Notes: a model not told the origin generated them from the sequence alone. A stretch of DNA of 26,603 nt from a virus (IMGVR_UViG_3300011261_000111:1-26603); one strand, 5' to 3'. Counted from the first letter of the stretch, positions 7,785 through 16,276 are shown. Translations and numbers: made by a program.

Positions 7785-8319
7785 TAGTTTTATCCTCGTA
7801 AAGTCTTGATTCTAGCAAATCTGCTTCTTTGTTGCGTCTAGTTTTATAGGAGTCACCAAAATCTCGTAAGTTAGCCAGCGCACCGACCCAGTCGCCCGAA
7901 GTAGTTTGCCGCCAGAAGTTAGGCGTTGCTTTCTCTAATGATCCGTATTGAAAGGCTACACTAGCAACAACTGTTTGAGCTTCGTTAGGTAGCATAGAAA
8001 ACGGTGTAAAAGATTCTTTATTCCAAGCAGAAATAAGTCTTTCGGCCGCCTCTTTATGGGCAAACTTATTTATTAGATCGCATTCATCAGCGGTAATAGT
8101 TAGCGGATGGTCGCGCAAAAACGCCACAGCATCAAATCCAGTGCGACCGCAATAAGGGGAAAGTTTATCTCTTACCTGTCTTGGTATCTCGCTAGGCGAG
8201 CGTTGACCTACATCGAAACCACTTGCAACCGTGACACCTGACTTACTTCCGCCAGCATTAGGAACATAGCCGACTAGGCTGCGTCCTTCAAATTCAGATA
8301 TGACGCTGAAATCAATCAT
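7777..8319 (-). CDS. Endolysin, pesticin C-terminal (T4-lysozyme-like) muramidase
   Basis: IDFSVISEFEG..GYVP..SGVTVASGFDVGQ, VVASVAFQYG, TRRNKEADLL. Confidence 0.85.
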   Translation of the reverse strand: MIDFSVISEFEGRSLVGYVPNAGGSKSGVTVASGFDVGQRSPSEIPRQVRDKLSPYCGRTGFDAVAFLRDHPLTITADECDLINKFAHKEAAERLISAWNKESFTPFSMLPNEAQTVVASVAFQYGSLEKATPNFWRQTTSGDWVGALANLRDFGDSYKTRRNKEADLLESRLYEDKTNA

Positions 8320-8993
8320 ACATTATTCGCCTCATGCAATTTGGTGTAAATGGACTGCCCTCGCGCGCGTATCTGGTCTTTTTCCACTTGGCCTAACTCG
8401 CGTCTTTCTTGGCAGTACTCAAGGAACACGCAGCCGTCAATGTCACCGCTAGGCGTGACGACTGGGTAAATGTAAATGGATTTTACGCTGTGTTGCTCAA
8501 GTATAGGATAGGCGCAAGGCGCTTCTTTCTCTGCAATGGATATATCAGAAACTTCGACAGACTTGCCGATAATGATGCTTCGCGACCACTTGCCATAAGT
8601 TGACATCGGCATACTTTGTACACGCCCAGTAATTCGAGGAAACTTGCCGCTAGATCCTTCTGCTTTGATTGAGAAGCTAAGCAGGTGGACACAGCCTAAT
8701 GATGTGCGCCCATTGTGAAACAAGCCCATACACGCTCTGTCAGCGCCAAAGTCCTTGGCCAATTCCGTAAGCTCTCTATCCGCTTCTTCTTCCGCGAGCG
8801 CCAGCGTTTTAAGCGATTTCTTGGCAGGCAATGCCGCATTGACGATGTTGTGAATGCTTCTAGTGTTCGACAATAAAAGCATCACCATCTTGGTCATAAA
8901 CGTGATAGCAGCAAGGATAACAAGAGCCGCAATCAATGGCGTAAACCACGGGTAATCCTTCACAAAATTCAGTAGAGGTATAATTTCAATCAT
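8316..8993 (-). CDS. Single-TM GAF-domain protein, probable T4 T-like holin
   Basis: One N-terminal hydrophobic helix, then GAF-type motifs (FGADRACMGLFHNG; VKSIYIYPV..IDGCVFLEY); overlaps the endolysin start. Confidence 0.65.
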   Translation of the reverse strand: MIEIIPLLNFVKDYPWFTPLIAALVILAAITFMTKMVMLLLSNTRSIHNIVNAALPAKKSLKTLALAEEEADRELTELAKDFGADRACMGLFHNGRTSLGCVHLLSFSIKAEGSSGKFPRITGRVQSMPMSTYGKWSRSIIIGKSVEVSDISIAEKEAPCAYPILEQHSVKSIYIYPVVTPSGDIDGCVFLEYCQERRELGQVEKDQIRARGQSIYTKLHEANNV

Positions 8994-9049
8994 TGAGGCG
9001 CGCTTATGTCATTAGTTTGGTGAATGATAGCGCAGTTTTTGGAAGATGT

Positions 9050-9075
9050 AAAAAAGCCGCTACTTGAGCGGCTTT
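9050..9075 (-). terminator. Intrinsic terminator after SSB
   Basis: AAAGCCGCT-ACTTG-AGCGGCTTT with A-tract on + strand. Confidence 0.85.
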
Positions 9076-9149
9076 GGTTTAAAGAACTCGACCTAGCAAT
9101 CTAAATTGCATCCAAGCCTGTTCGTTGGTTAGGCATAACGCCATGAGGA

Positions 9150-9746
9150 TCAAAATGGGATGCTCGAATCAGCAACCCAGCCTAGAGCAAGTGCTTTGTT
9201 AATGTCGCCGCCTACTTGCTCATGCGCTTTGATTTGATCAATAGTAGCGCCTTTTTGCGCTGGTTCACCAGCTGGCTCTACATTTTCCCATGTTGCAACT
9301 GGTGCCGATGCAACTGGAGCTGCGCCAAAACTTCCAAATGACTGCGGCTGCGGTTTAGGCTGTGCTGGCTGTTGGTTAAATCCGCCTTGTTGTTGTGCTG
9401 GTTGTTGGCCAGAAGATTGTGCAGCCTGTCCGCCAGTGTTTACACTTTCAAGTGATGCGTCGATAATCTCTATAGAAAGAATTGTTCCGTTATTCCCTTC
9501 GAATGTACGGATCTTTTGGCGCTTACCAAGCACCTCAACTACAGCACCTTCAACCAATGCTTGACGGTAAAAATCAATTTGCGCCTGCGCTTTAGCAAAT
9601 ACAACCGCTTCATAATTAGTCCATTCTTTTTGCTTTGTCTCTCGATCATAGTATTGCTGCCCTAGACGAATACCAAAGCCAACACTTTCGCCCGCTGCAA
9701 ATTCGCTTGCTGGCTTGTTCAATTTACCCGTGATTGATACTGACAT
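9150..9746 (-). CDS. ssb: Single-stranded DNA-binding protein
   Basis: OB-fold N-terminus (YYDRETKQKEWTNY), Q/P/G-rich linker, C-terminal DSSIPF tip. Confidence 0.85.
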   Translation of the reverse strand: MSVSITGKLNKPASEFAAGESVGFGIRLGQQYYDRETKQKEWTNYEAVVFAKAQAQIDFYRQALVEGAVVEVLGKRQKIRTFEGNNGTILSIEIIDASLESVNTGGQAAQSSGQQPAQQQGGFNQQPAQPKPQPQSFGSFGAAPVASAPVATWENVEPAGEPAQKGATIDQIKAHEQVGGDINKALALGWVADSSIPF

Positions 9747-9920
9747 TTACTTCTCTTCCTTCTCTTCAAAACACTCAATAGCCTGACCTTTTGGCAGCGT
9801 CAAACCGTCATTTGAAATACGCGCAATCGATGTAATTACGCGCTTCTTTTTGCAGTAGTAGTCGCCAGCAATTCCTGCTTTCTTTTCGCAGTGCTGGCAA
9901 GATGTGCATGGTTTAGTCAT
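9747..9920 (-). CDS. Small Cys-rich protein (57 aa, not in ORF track)
   Basis: MTKPCTSCQHC...YYC...ECFEEKEEK; fills the gap exactly and abuts the SSB start. Confidence 0.7.
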   Translation of the reverse strand: MTKPCTSCQHCEKKAGIAGDYYCKKKRVITSIARISNDGLTLPKGQAIECFEEKEEK

Positions 9921-10608
9921 TAAAGGTCATTCCCTCGTCAAAGAAAGCATTTAACATTTGCTCTTCATTAGCGCCAATTGTTAGCTTTCTATTTATAGAT
10001 TTGGCGCGCTCAACAAACTTCTCGCGCTCGGTTTTTAGTGGGCGTACGTATTTTGGAATAATTGATGATATTTGTTGTGATCTGTGGTTCTTAACAACCA
10101 AGACAGCATTATCAAAAATCGTTGAGTTTGCTATAACTATAAGCCTATCTCCATCTGTCCATGTATCCACGATGCAGTGCTCGTCAATATTAAAATTCTT
10201 ATTTTTAACTACTGGCGCACCTTTAGAATCATACTCACACTCCTCCCCAACTTTCGGCATGTAGGGTTGTCCAAAAGCCTTATCTGTGAGATTTTTCAAG
10301 TGCGGACGGATAGAGCAGCCATTACATGTTGCGTGTCCACTCCATGTATGCGTTGCTACATTATTGCATCCTGTACAACCACATTTTTTATCGCCTTCGT
10401 TTGAGTTAACCATATTTTCCTCCTTTTCTGCCTTGGCATCTAGCCAGTCTTGTTTTGTTATTGAGGCTTCATCGCATAAGCTATATAGCTTTATGGAGCC
10501 AATAAGCCCGCCCCACGACCAAAGCCCACTGATTTCACCAGGTAATTCGTCGTGTGGCCACGTTGCGAAATTATCAACCAAACACTTTAACGCTTGCTGT
10601 CTGTTCAT
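9913..10608 (-). CDS. Hypothetical mosaic protein with internal Cys cluster
   Basis: 231 aa, AAGGAG SD, CGCTGC...CNGC and MPKVGEECEY segments. Confidence 0.8.
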   Translation of the reverse strand: MNRQQALKCLVDNFATWPHDELPGEISGLWSWGGLIGSIKLYSLCDEASITKQDWLDAKAEKEENMVNSNEGDKKCGCTGCNNVATHTWSGHATCNGCSIRPHLKNLTDKAFGQPYMPKVGEECEYDSKGAPVVKNKNFNIDEHCIVDTWTDGDRLIVIANSTIFDNAVLVVKNHRSQQISSIIPKYVRPLKTEREKFVERAKSINRKLTIGANEEQMLNAFFDEGMTFND

Positions 10609-10635
10609 TTTGTTCTCCTTGTTTAATTTCCATTC

Positions 10636-10664
10636 ATACTAATCAAGCATTAATCTTATTGCAA
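10636..10664 (-). promoter_or_regulatory. Sigma70-like promoter with AGATTAAT box
   Basis: Minus strand TTGCAA-TAAGATTAATGCTTGAT-TAGTAT (17-nt spacer). Confidence 0.7.
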
Positions 10665-11612
10665 GGAGAAATATTTAGTTTTTTGCATGTCTACTTGTTT
10701 TAGGAAATTTTCGGATCTGACTTTGCCTTCATCATTCAATACTGCCGCTATAGTTGAGCACTGGCACGAAATTTTGTTGCCGTCACGATCGAACCAGTCG
10801 GCCTCTTCTTTCTCTGTGCCTACCCACCCATGCCTCTGGGCGTGCCACCTGCGCGTATTCGACTTCAATGCAGACAAGTGCATAACGCCAACGTTTAGGC
10901 CAATCTGCCTAGCCTGCTGTCTCTCGCCTTTCTTAGCGCGTCTGTGTGACTCGTTTATCTCTGTGCGTGCAATGCGAAGGGCGCGAGCGTAAGAGGCTTT
11001 ATCGCTGCCGTCGTTCCACTCAGGCAGGCCGATTGTGTTGTATATCTGTCTAGCTATCACGCGCGGACTATCACCATTCGCCATGCCGTCAGAAAGCACG
11101 CGAGATAGGTTCGTTTTCATTTCCGATGATAGGTTTTGCATTTCCTCAAATACGCGCGCCTTTGCTAGTTCGACACGCGCCTGATGTGGTGCGGCAAGAA
11201 TGGCGCTCTGTACGGTCACTGGGTACTCGGCTAGTGTCGTTTGCGCTTGTAGATTAACCACCTCAGCAGACGCGCCAGTATCGCTTGACGCTTGCACGGC
11301 TTCGTACATGTACCAATCATAGTTGCCGCCCTCAAGTAGTTGTTGCTCGATGATGCGGCCTATCTCGCTTGGTATTTGTCCCAACAATGCAGGCGTAACC
11401 ATGTATTTGTAGGTTGCCTCCGCATTAAAGATGATACCCGCCTGATCAGCTCCTACACGCTCTTTTGGAATGCGGTTCATTAATGCAAGAACCTGATTTT
11501 GTATGCGACGCATTGACGCTTTGAGCTTCTTGTCGGCAGTGTTATTGATGCCGATTGTTTGCGTAGGCGCTTTGGGGTTATTTGGTAAAATAGGTTTGCC
11601 GTTCATTGCCAT
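10656..11612 (-). CDS. Head morphogenesis protein (SPP1 gp7 / Mu gpF family)
   Basis: RALRIARTEI, HLSALKSNTRRWHAQRHG, ISCQCS. Confidence 0.9.
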   Translation of the reverse strand: MAMNGKPILPNNPKAPTQTIGINNTADKKLKASMRRIQNQVLALMNRIPKERVGADQAGIIFNAEATYKYMVTPALLGQIPSEIGRIIEQQLLEGGNYDWYMYEAVQASSDTGASAEVVNLQAQTTLAEYPVTVQSAILAAPHQARVELAKARVFEEMQNLSSEMKTNLSRVLSDGMANGDSPRVIARQIYNTIGLPEWNDGSDKASYARALRIARTEINESHRRAKKGERQQARQIGLNVGVMHLSALKSNTRRWHAQRHGWVGTEKEEADWFDRDGNKISCQCSTIAAVLNDEGKVRSENFLKQVDMQKTKYFSLQ

Positions 11613-11656
11613 AATTGGTGTCTCCAGTGGAATAGATAAATAATAGCAAATAAAGG

Positions 11657-11685
11657 TTGCTAAGTCTTTTGTTATAGATTAATGT
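11657..11685 (+). promoter_or_regulatory. Sigma70-like promoter with AGATTAAT box
   Basis: TTGCTA-17 nt-TAATGT; AGATTAAT at 11676-11683. Confidence 0.7.
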
Positions 11686-11709
11686 TAGATTGATTAATTA
11701 GAGAGGTGA

Positions 11710-11832
11710 ATGGTTATGTGGTCAATAACTATAGGAAAACTTGTTGTTTCGAACTGCAAGTATAAGGGGGACGTTATGTTTTTTGACAGGGCAGCTAAAC
11801 ATTTGTTTTGGTGTTTTTGGTGGTGCATATGA
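11710..11832 (+). CDS. Small Trp-rich protein (40 aa, not in ORF track)
   Basis: GAGG SD, ATG 11710 or 11716, ATGA overlap with next gene. Confidence 0.55.
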   Translation: MVMWSITIGKLVVSNCKYKGDVMFFDRAAKHLFWCFWWCI

Positions 11833-12035
11833 CCACAAAAATAATTCAGGAGCTTGTGGGGTTGGCGGTTGAGAAGTCAAAGGGAAAGATTATGCACCTT
11901 GACTACTACGGGGAAGATATGGCGATCATTGAAATATCCGAGCGCGGTGCAGTATATGCGCTCTTTAAAGAAAGGCTTTGCATAACTGACGCATCCCAGC
12001 TACAGGCCGCAATCGACAAGGTGAAAGCATTATGA
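11829..12035 (+). CDS. Hypothetical protein
   Basis: Start reassigned to ATG 11829; ends AAIDKVKAL. Confidence 0.75.
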   Translation: MTTKIIQELVGLAVEKSKGKIMHLDYYGEDMAIIEISERGAVYALFKERLCITDASQLQAAIDKVKAL

Positions 12036-12277
12036 TTTTAGAAGACTTAAGGATACAGCTAAGCACATTTGGAAGAGATAAAGGAAAATACAAAGGGCGT
12101 GCTACTTTTGTAAATGAGCAAGGATCTGTAACGATCAATCTTACTAAAAAGCATTGCGAAAACATATTTAGTATATGCGCCGATGGAATAATTGACACAG
12201 CAAAAGAAGCTGCCGATTCTCTTACTATATCTGTCATAGAGCATGATGCCGCAATAGATAAAATCAAGGAGCTATGA
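12032..12277 (+). CDS. Hypothetical protein
   Basis: 81 aa, ATGA-coupled; ends AAIDKIKEL. Confidence 0.8.
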   Translation: MILEDLRIQLSTFGRDKGKYKGRATFVNEQGSVTINLTKKHCENIFSICADGIIDTAKEAADSLTISVIEHDAAIDKIKEL

Positions 12278-12278
12278 A

Positions 12279-12533
12279 ATGAACACAAAAGAAACACTGA
12301 GATTAGTAAAAGAGTACGACTTTAAGTGGCCGCTAGGGTATTTCGACGAGTTCGCAATGTGTGAAGTCGAGTACATGGATGATGTTAAAAAAGGACAAAT
12401 ATTTAGTCGCTACAAAGAAGGGATGACAGATTTCGACTTTAGCGTGGTATGCGATAAAGAATATTTCGACGCTGCAGGTCTACAGTATCTAATAATGAAA
12501 GACATATTAGGTGATAATGAAAACCCCTCATAG
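12279..12533 (+). CDS. Hypothetical protein
   Basis: 84 aa, AAGGAG SD, ends within terminator. Confidence 0.8.
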   Translation: MNTKETLRLVKEYDFKWPLGYFDEFAMCEVEYMDDVKKGQIFSRYKEGMTDFDFSVVCDKEYFDAAGLQYLIMKDILGDNENPS

Positions 12534-12550
12534 CGAGGGGTTTCTTTTTT
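12521..12550. terminator. Bidirectional intrinsic terminator
   Basis: AAACCCCTC-ATAGC-GAGGGGTTT plus T tract, between convergent genes. Confidence 0.85.
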
Positions 12551-13958
12551 ACTCTTCTGGCTCAACGTCTTCCATATCTTCTTCCCTGATCGACTCTTCT
12601 GGCGTTAACGGATCATAACCCGCAGCCTCTCGAACTTCATCACCTGTAAACGTAGCAACTCCAGTACCTATAAGCGTCTGAATAATCTCAGCCATCTTTT
12701 TAGCGTTATCTAGCTTCTCTCCTCTGGATGGCTCAAGCAACGAATCCCAGTAGATCCAGTACTGTTCGCTTTTCGCAATAACACCGTATTTTTCAAGCCA
12801 CTTGATAAACTTCTTGATAAATCGGTCTATCTCGTTGGCGCGTCTTGACTCTGCTTGCTGGTCTAGTGTGTCGCCATTTTCTTGGCTAGCTTGGTTGCCC
12901 GACTGGTTACCCTCAAGGATCGTAAGTGGCGTTTTAACGGACGCAGCAAACGATCTCTTGTTAGAGTCCAAGAACTTCTCTGGATCAGGAAGCGCTGCGA
13001 CCATAGGTGTTGCCTTCATACCCTTCATCATAAAGGAGTTATCAAAGCCCTTGTTCATGTCGCCCAGTTTTTCGCCAATCTTTGCCGCCAATTCCTCTGG
13101 TTTGCATTCATACATCAAAGCAAGCTCTTGAACGCTAGCGCCTTCTTGGATCTCAAGGTTTAAAGGAGTGCGCGCATTCTTCCAGAAACCTTCACCGCCT
13201 GCACCGTCGATTTTCTCGATGTTGATTAGGTTATTTAGTCCGGCCTCAAGTTTTGATGTGCCGTATATGCTGTTACCGCTGGCACCGTCTGCCCAAATGA
13301 TCACTCGGCTTTCGTGGACAGTCACTTTACGCACTGAATCAGGGTTGCCGTCACCTAATGCGGATTCGTTATACATGTAGGTTTTAGGCAGGCCGTAGCG
13401 TTCGTCTTTTTCGTCTTGGTAAGTGTCTTCTACTTCAAGTTGAGACTCGTACAGTGGAATGATCTGTTTAACGGCTTTTTCCGAAAGGTTGCCCGTTATC
13501 TCTTGATCCCATTTCTTACTATCAGCAACGACCATCAAGAAGCCAGCATAACGCCCGACGCTTTGACGGGTATCAAGCATCTTACAGTTAGCCCACAAGT
13601 CTAAACGGTTGGCCAGCTTATAGAATGCTTTCTCCCATGCCGTTTCCTTAGACTTACGATCCTCAACGGTACGCACCCACGGCCATGACTGCCAACACTT
13701 ATCAACCATCACTTCAATGCCAGCTTTACCCAAGCCTGAACGCTTGTAAGCCGTAAAGAAATCGGTGAAGCATGGGTTAACTGGATAGCCGTAATCGTTC
13801 CAGCATTGTGGGTGCTTGGTGTCGATACTAGCTAGCGCCATTTGCTGTCTTAGCGTGTTGCGGCTGTCATTGGCGGCAAAGTAGTGGTTAACGGCTAGCG
13901 CAAGGCTTGGATTACTTTCCGCCTTTTCGGCAGCGTTGTTCTTGTATCGTGTAGACAT
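12549..13958 (-). CDS. Portal protein (DUF1073 family)
   Basis: About 469 aa; WNDYGYP, YGLPKTYMY, VHESRVI, GGEGFWKNAR; start 13958 or 13970. Confidence 0.9.
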   Translation of the reverse strand: MSTRYKNNAAEKAESNPSLALAVNHYFAANDSRNTLRQQMALASIDTKHPQCWNDYGYPVNPCFTDFFTAYKRSGLGKAGIEVMVDKCWQSWPWVRTVEDRKSKETAWEKAFYKLANRLDLWANCKMLDTRQSVGRYAGFLMVVADSKKWDQEITGNLSEKAVKQIIPLYESQLEVEDTYQDEKDERYGLPKTYMYNESALGDGNPDSVRKVTVHESRVIIWADGASGNSIYGTSKLEAGLNNLINIEKIDGAGGEGFWKNARTPLNLEIQEGASVQELALMYECKPEELAAKIGEKLGDMNKGFDNSFMMKGMKATPMVAALPDPEKFLDSNKRSFAASVKTPLTILEGNQSGNQASQENGDTLDQQAESRRANEIDRFIKKFIKWLEKYGVIAKSEQYWIYWDSLLEPSRGEKLDNAKKMAEIIQTLIGTGVATFTGDEVREAAGYDPLTPEESIREEDMEDVEPEE

Positions 13959-14015
13959 GAAAAAGCCCATCTGTATGTGTATGGGCTTAATTGTAGCGCG
14001 GTTGGGTTTTTTGTG

Positions 14016-14267
14016 CTAGTTGTTGGCTTCTGGTGGTTCTTTTAGGTTGAGCGTATCAAGCGCCTGTCTACTTATCTCCGCATTAGCCTCGTCTAGCTTT
14101 CTTTGCAGCCTATCAATCATAAGATCACGATAACCAAGCTCGGCCGCTATCTCAGACTTACCAACTAAGTTTTCTCGTGTTAATGCTAAAACATGTCGGC
14201 AGTAATAGTTCCCAAGCATGTCAAGCTCAACAATGTCACGGTCTTTATCGTACTGTTTATCAATCAT
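14016..14267 (-). CDS. Hypothetical protein (MIDKQY cassette A)
   Basis: 83 aa; YYCRHVLALTRENLVGKSEIAAELGYRD; GAGG SD. Confidence 0.8.
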   Translation of the reverse strand: MIDKQYDKDRDIVELDMLGNYYCRHVLALTRENLVGKSEIAAELGYRDLMIDRLQRKLDEANAEISRQALDTLNLKEPPEANN

Positions 14268-14286
14268 AAAACCTCACTTTTTTGTG

Positions 14287-14571
14287 CTAGTTAGAGCATG
14301 TTATCTCACCAGTTAGCATGGTTCCGTCGTCAAGAACAATGGCGCTTGCGCTATATCCCGATCCGCAACCATGGCCCATGCTCGACTTTTCACCAATAGG
14401 AACAAGCTTAAAACTAAACCTTCCACCCATAATCAAAACTTTCATTTTTGATATAACCGATTCATTAGAAATATATCTATCGTTAATATTTTGAAAACCA
14501 GCCTCGACGCTCTCATCAATAAGTGATGGAGCACCCCAAAAAACCCCGCACGTATACTGTTTATCGATCAT
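14287..14571 (-). CDS. Hypothetical protein (MIDKQY cassette B)
   Basis: 94 aa; GAGG SD, ATGA overlap. Confidence 0.75.
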   Translation of the reverse strand: MIDKQYTCGVFWGAPSLIDESVEAGFQNINDRYISNESVISKMKVLIMGGRFSFKLVPIGEKSSMGHGCGSGYSASAIVLDDGTMLTGEITCSN

Positions 14572-14816
14572 AAAACCTCACTCAAACACTTCATTTGCAC
14601 GCCATCTTTAAACGCAAGAATGGCGAACTCTTTAGATTCCACGGTTAACTCTCGACCATTGCGCACCGCCTCGAAGGTGATGCGTAACAATTGACTATCA
14701 CCACCTGTACGCTCAACAAGTTGCTGCGTAGCCTCGCCATACTGCCAGTCACGCATAACGGTCTCGGCATAGTTGCCAGTCTGTATGCACATTTCAAATA
14801 GGATGGGGAGGATCAT
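14568..14816 (-). CDS. Hypothetical protein
   Basis: 82 aa, coupled at both ends. Confidence 0.75.
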   Translation of the reverse strand: MILPILFEMCIQTGNYAETVMRDWQYGEATQQLVERTGGDSQLLRITFEAVRNGRELTVESKEFAILAFKDGVQMKCLSEVL

Positions 14817-15082
14817 TAATAATACCCCGCTTGTGTTAGTTGATTGTAATGATTCATTGTTTCTTGCTTACACAGGTAGCCAGACTGCAAATATCTCCTT
14901 AGACTTTCAATGTCTTTAGGTTTTTTTAAACCCCAATAATTTAAAAACTTATTTGCTCTATCTCCGCATTTTTCGCAAATGTCGATAACACCAAATTTCT
15001 GCCACGGTTCTGCTATCTGCTTACCTCTGAATGATGGGATATAAGATCCACACCTTCCACAAAGGCAGGGCTCAACATTCAT
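14816..15082 (-). CDS. Putative zinc-finger protein
   Basis: CGRC...CEKC; coupled at both ends. Confidence 0.75.
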   Translation of the reverse strand: MNVEPCLCGRCGSYIPSFRGKQIAEPWQKFGVIDICEKCGDRANKFLNYWGLKKPKDIESLRRYLQSGYLCKQETMNHYNQLTQAGYY

Positions 15083-15324
15083 AGCTCATCCCTCTCTAGT
15101 TTATTTGCGTAGTCTTCAAGTTGCTCAACTGGGCACATTCTCCCTGCGTTTGTAGGGTGATGGCATAGCTTTGCCGCCTCCCGCACCGCCTCGGCCTTTA
15201 GTTTGTTTATATCAGATCTCGTATACAGCATAAGCTGCTTCATTTGCGTAAAAACTTGAGAGCTTGTCATTTCATTTTCAGCTATTAGTCTTTCAATTTC
15301 GTCTACACGATCCGCAACAGCCAT
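15079..15324 (-). CDS. Hypothetical protein
   Basis: GGGAG SD before ATG 15324; KLKAEAVREAA motif common in phage small proteins. Confidence 0.75.
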   Translation of the reverse strand: MAVADRVDEIERLIAENEMTSSQVFTQMKQLMLYTRSDINKLKAEAVREAAKLCHHPTNAGRMCPVEQLEDYANKLERDEL

Positions 15325-15326
15325 AA

Positions 15327-15467
15327 TCAAAACTCCCTCTTAAAAAATTCAACCGCAGCTTGCTTGCCCTGCGTTAAGTAGATATAGGCCATTACAGATA
15401 GGCCGCCAGTGATAAATGTTAAGCAAACCGCAACCACGAATGCGGCTAGGATAAAGAATTCGGTCAT
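15327..15467 (-). CDS. Small single-TM membrane protein (46 aa, not in ORF track)
   Basis: MTEFFILAAFVVAVCLTFITGGLSVMAYIYL...; GGAG SD, ATGA overlap. Confidence 0.7.
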   Translation of the reverse strand: MTEFFILAAFVVAVCLTFITGGLSVMAYIYLTQGKQAAVEFFKREF

Positions 15468-15688
15468 TTTGTTTCTCCACGGGCTTTGGCTAGTACGACT
15501 TTAATTCTATCAGTCTTAATAATGCCCTCTAGACAAAGAAGACTTTCAAGCATATCGTACATTTCAGCATTGATAGCATCCAAGTCCGACACCTGCGACA
15601 CAATCGCATTCCAATCGTCAATTGGACAATTAACAACACCGTCACACGCGAGTCGACGCTCTCTGAATATCGTTTCTAGGTCTTTCAT
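15464..15688 (-). CDS. Hypothetical protein
   Basis: 74 aa, GAGGAG SD, ends LAKARGETK. Confidence 0.8.
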   Translation of the reverse strand: MKDLETIFRERRLACDGVVNCPIDDWNAIVSQVSDLDAINAEMYDMLESLLCLEGIIKTDRIKVVLAKARGETK

Positions 15689-15710
15689 AGTTCATCTCCT
15701 CATTGATTTA

Positions 15711-15807
15711 ACATTAATCTAAATGATAGAGTGGAAATAGGCAAGGAAAGAATTGATTAATTTATTTTAAAATAATGCTTGATAAGATTAATCCATTAGA
15801 TTAATAT
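15711..15807. promoter_or_regulatory. Divergent sigma70-like promoters with three AGATTAAT boxes
   Basis: Minus: TTGCCT-17-TAGATT; plus: TTGATA(15779)-17-TAATAT(15802); boxes at 15714-15721 (minus), 15785-15792 and 15798-15805. Confidence 0.7.
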
Positions 15808-15840
15808 TACTACATCAACTAACGAAATGGGGAAAATAAG

Positions 15841-16023
15841 ATGACTAAACCTATTAAAAATAAAGATATTGAAGCACTAGCAAAAAAAGCTGCCAATGCT
15901 TGGATTACAAAAGATACGGAAGTTATGAATGAAATACAAAACTCAGAATTAGTTATTAATATGCCTATTTTTGTATATCAAGCATTTAGGCAGAGAGTCT
16001 TAGAACTGTGTAAAGGGAGATAA
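15841..16023 (+). CDS. Hypothetical protein (AT-rich island)
   Basis: 60 aa, directly downstream of promoter. Confidence 0.7.
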   Translation: MTKPIKNKDIEALAKKAANAWITKDTEVMNEIQNSELVINMPIFVYQAFRQRVLELCKGR

Positions 16024-16025
16024 TT

Positions 16026-16247
16026 ATGGCTACAATTATTAAGGGGGTTGTAAAATTAAACAAAAAAGAATTTAACATAGGCTTGCAGTTGGGTTTTTTA
16101 AAGAGAATTATAAAATCACATAATGAGAGTATGTTTGAGACTATAGCGGACGATTTTTCACAGTATTCAACATTTGAATTAGACCTAGATATAGATCAGA
16201 ATTTAAACGTTTTTGATGGTGACTTAGTCGAGGGCATATCATATTAA
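16026..16247 (+). CDS. Hypothetical acidic protein (AT-rich island)
   Basis: 73 aa, GGGAG SD, followed by terminator. Confidence 0.75.
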   Translation: MATIIKGVVKLNKKEFNIGLQLGFLKRIIKSHNESMFETIADDFSQYSTFELDLDIDQNLNVFDGDLVEGISY

Positions 16248-16249
16248 AT

Positions 16250-16276
16250 AAAAAGCCCTCGCAATGAGGGCTTTTT
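16250..16276. terminator. Bidirectional intrinsic terminator
   Basis: AAAAAGCCCTC-GCAAT-GAGGGCTTTTT. Confidence 0.9.

Larger units (their letters stand above)
14007..14582 (-). repeat. Two tandem gene cassettes with shared terminal repeats
   Basis: 28-nt repeat at 14251-14278 and 14555-14582 (27/28 identical); 15-nt repeat TTTTTTGTGCTAGTT at 14007-14021 and 14278-14292. Confidence 0.9.

Noticed and set aside
9079-9144. 21-codon minus-strand ORF after SSB (MALCLTNEQAW...)
   Set aside because: No SD and too short to support from sequence alone
14007-14582. CRISPR array, integron attC sites or DGR template/variable repeats
   Set aside because: Only two units with gene-sized interiors, no attC-like palindrome, no adenine-specific mismatch pattern, and no cas, integrase or reverse transcriptase in the window
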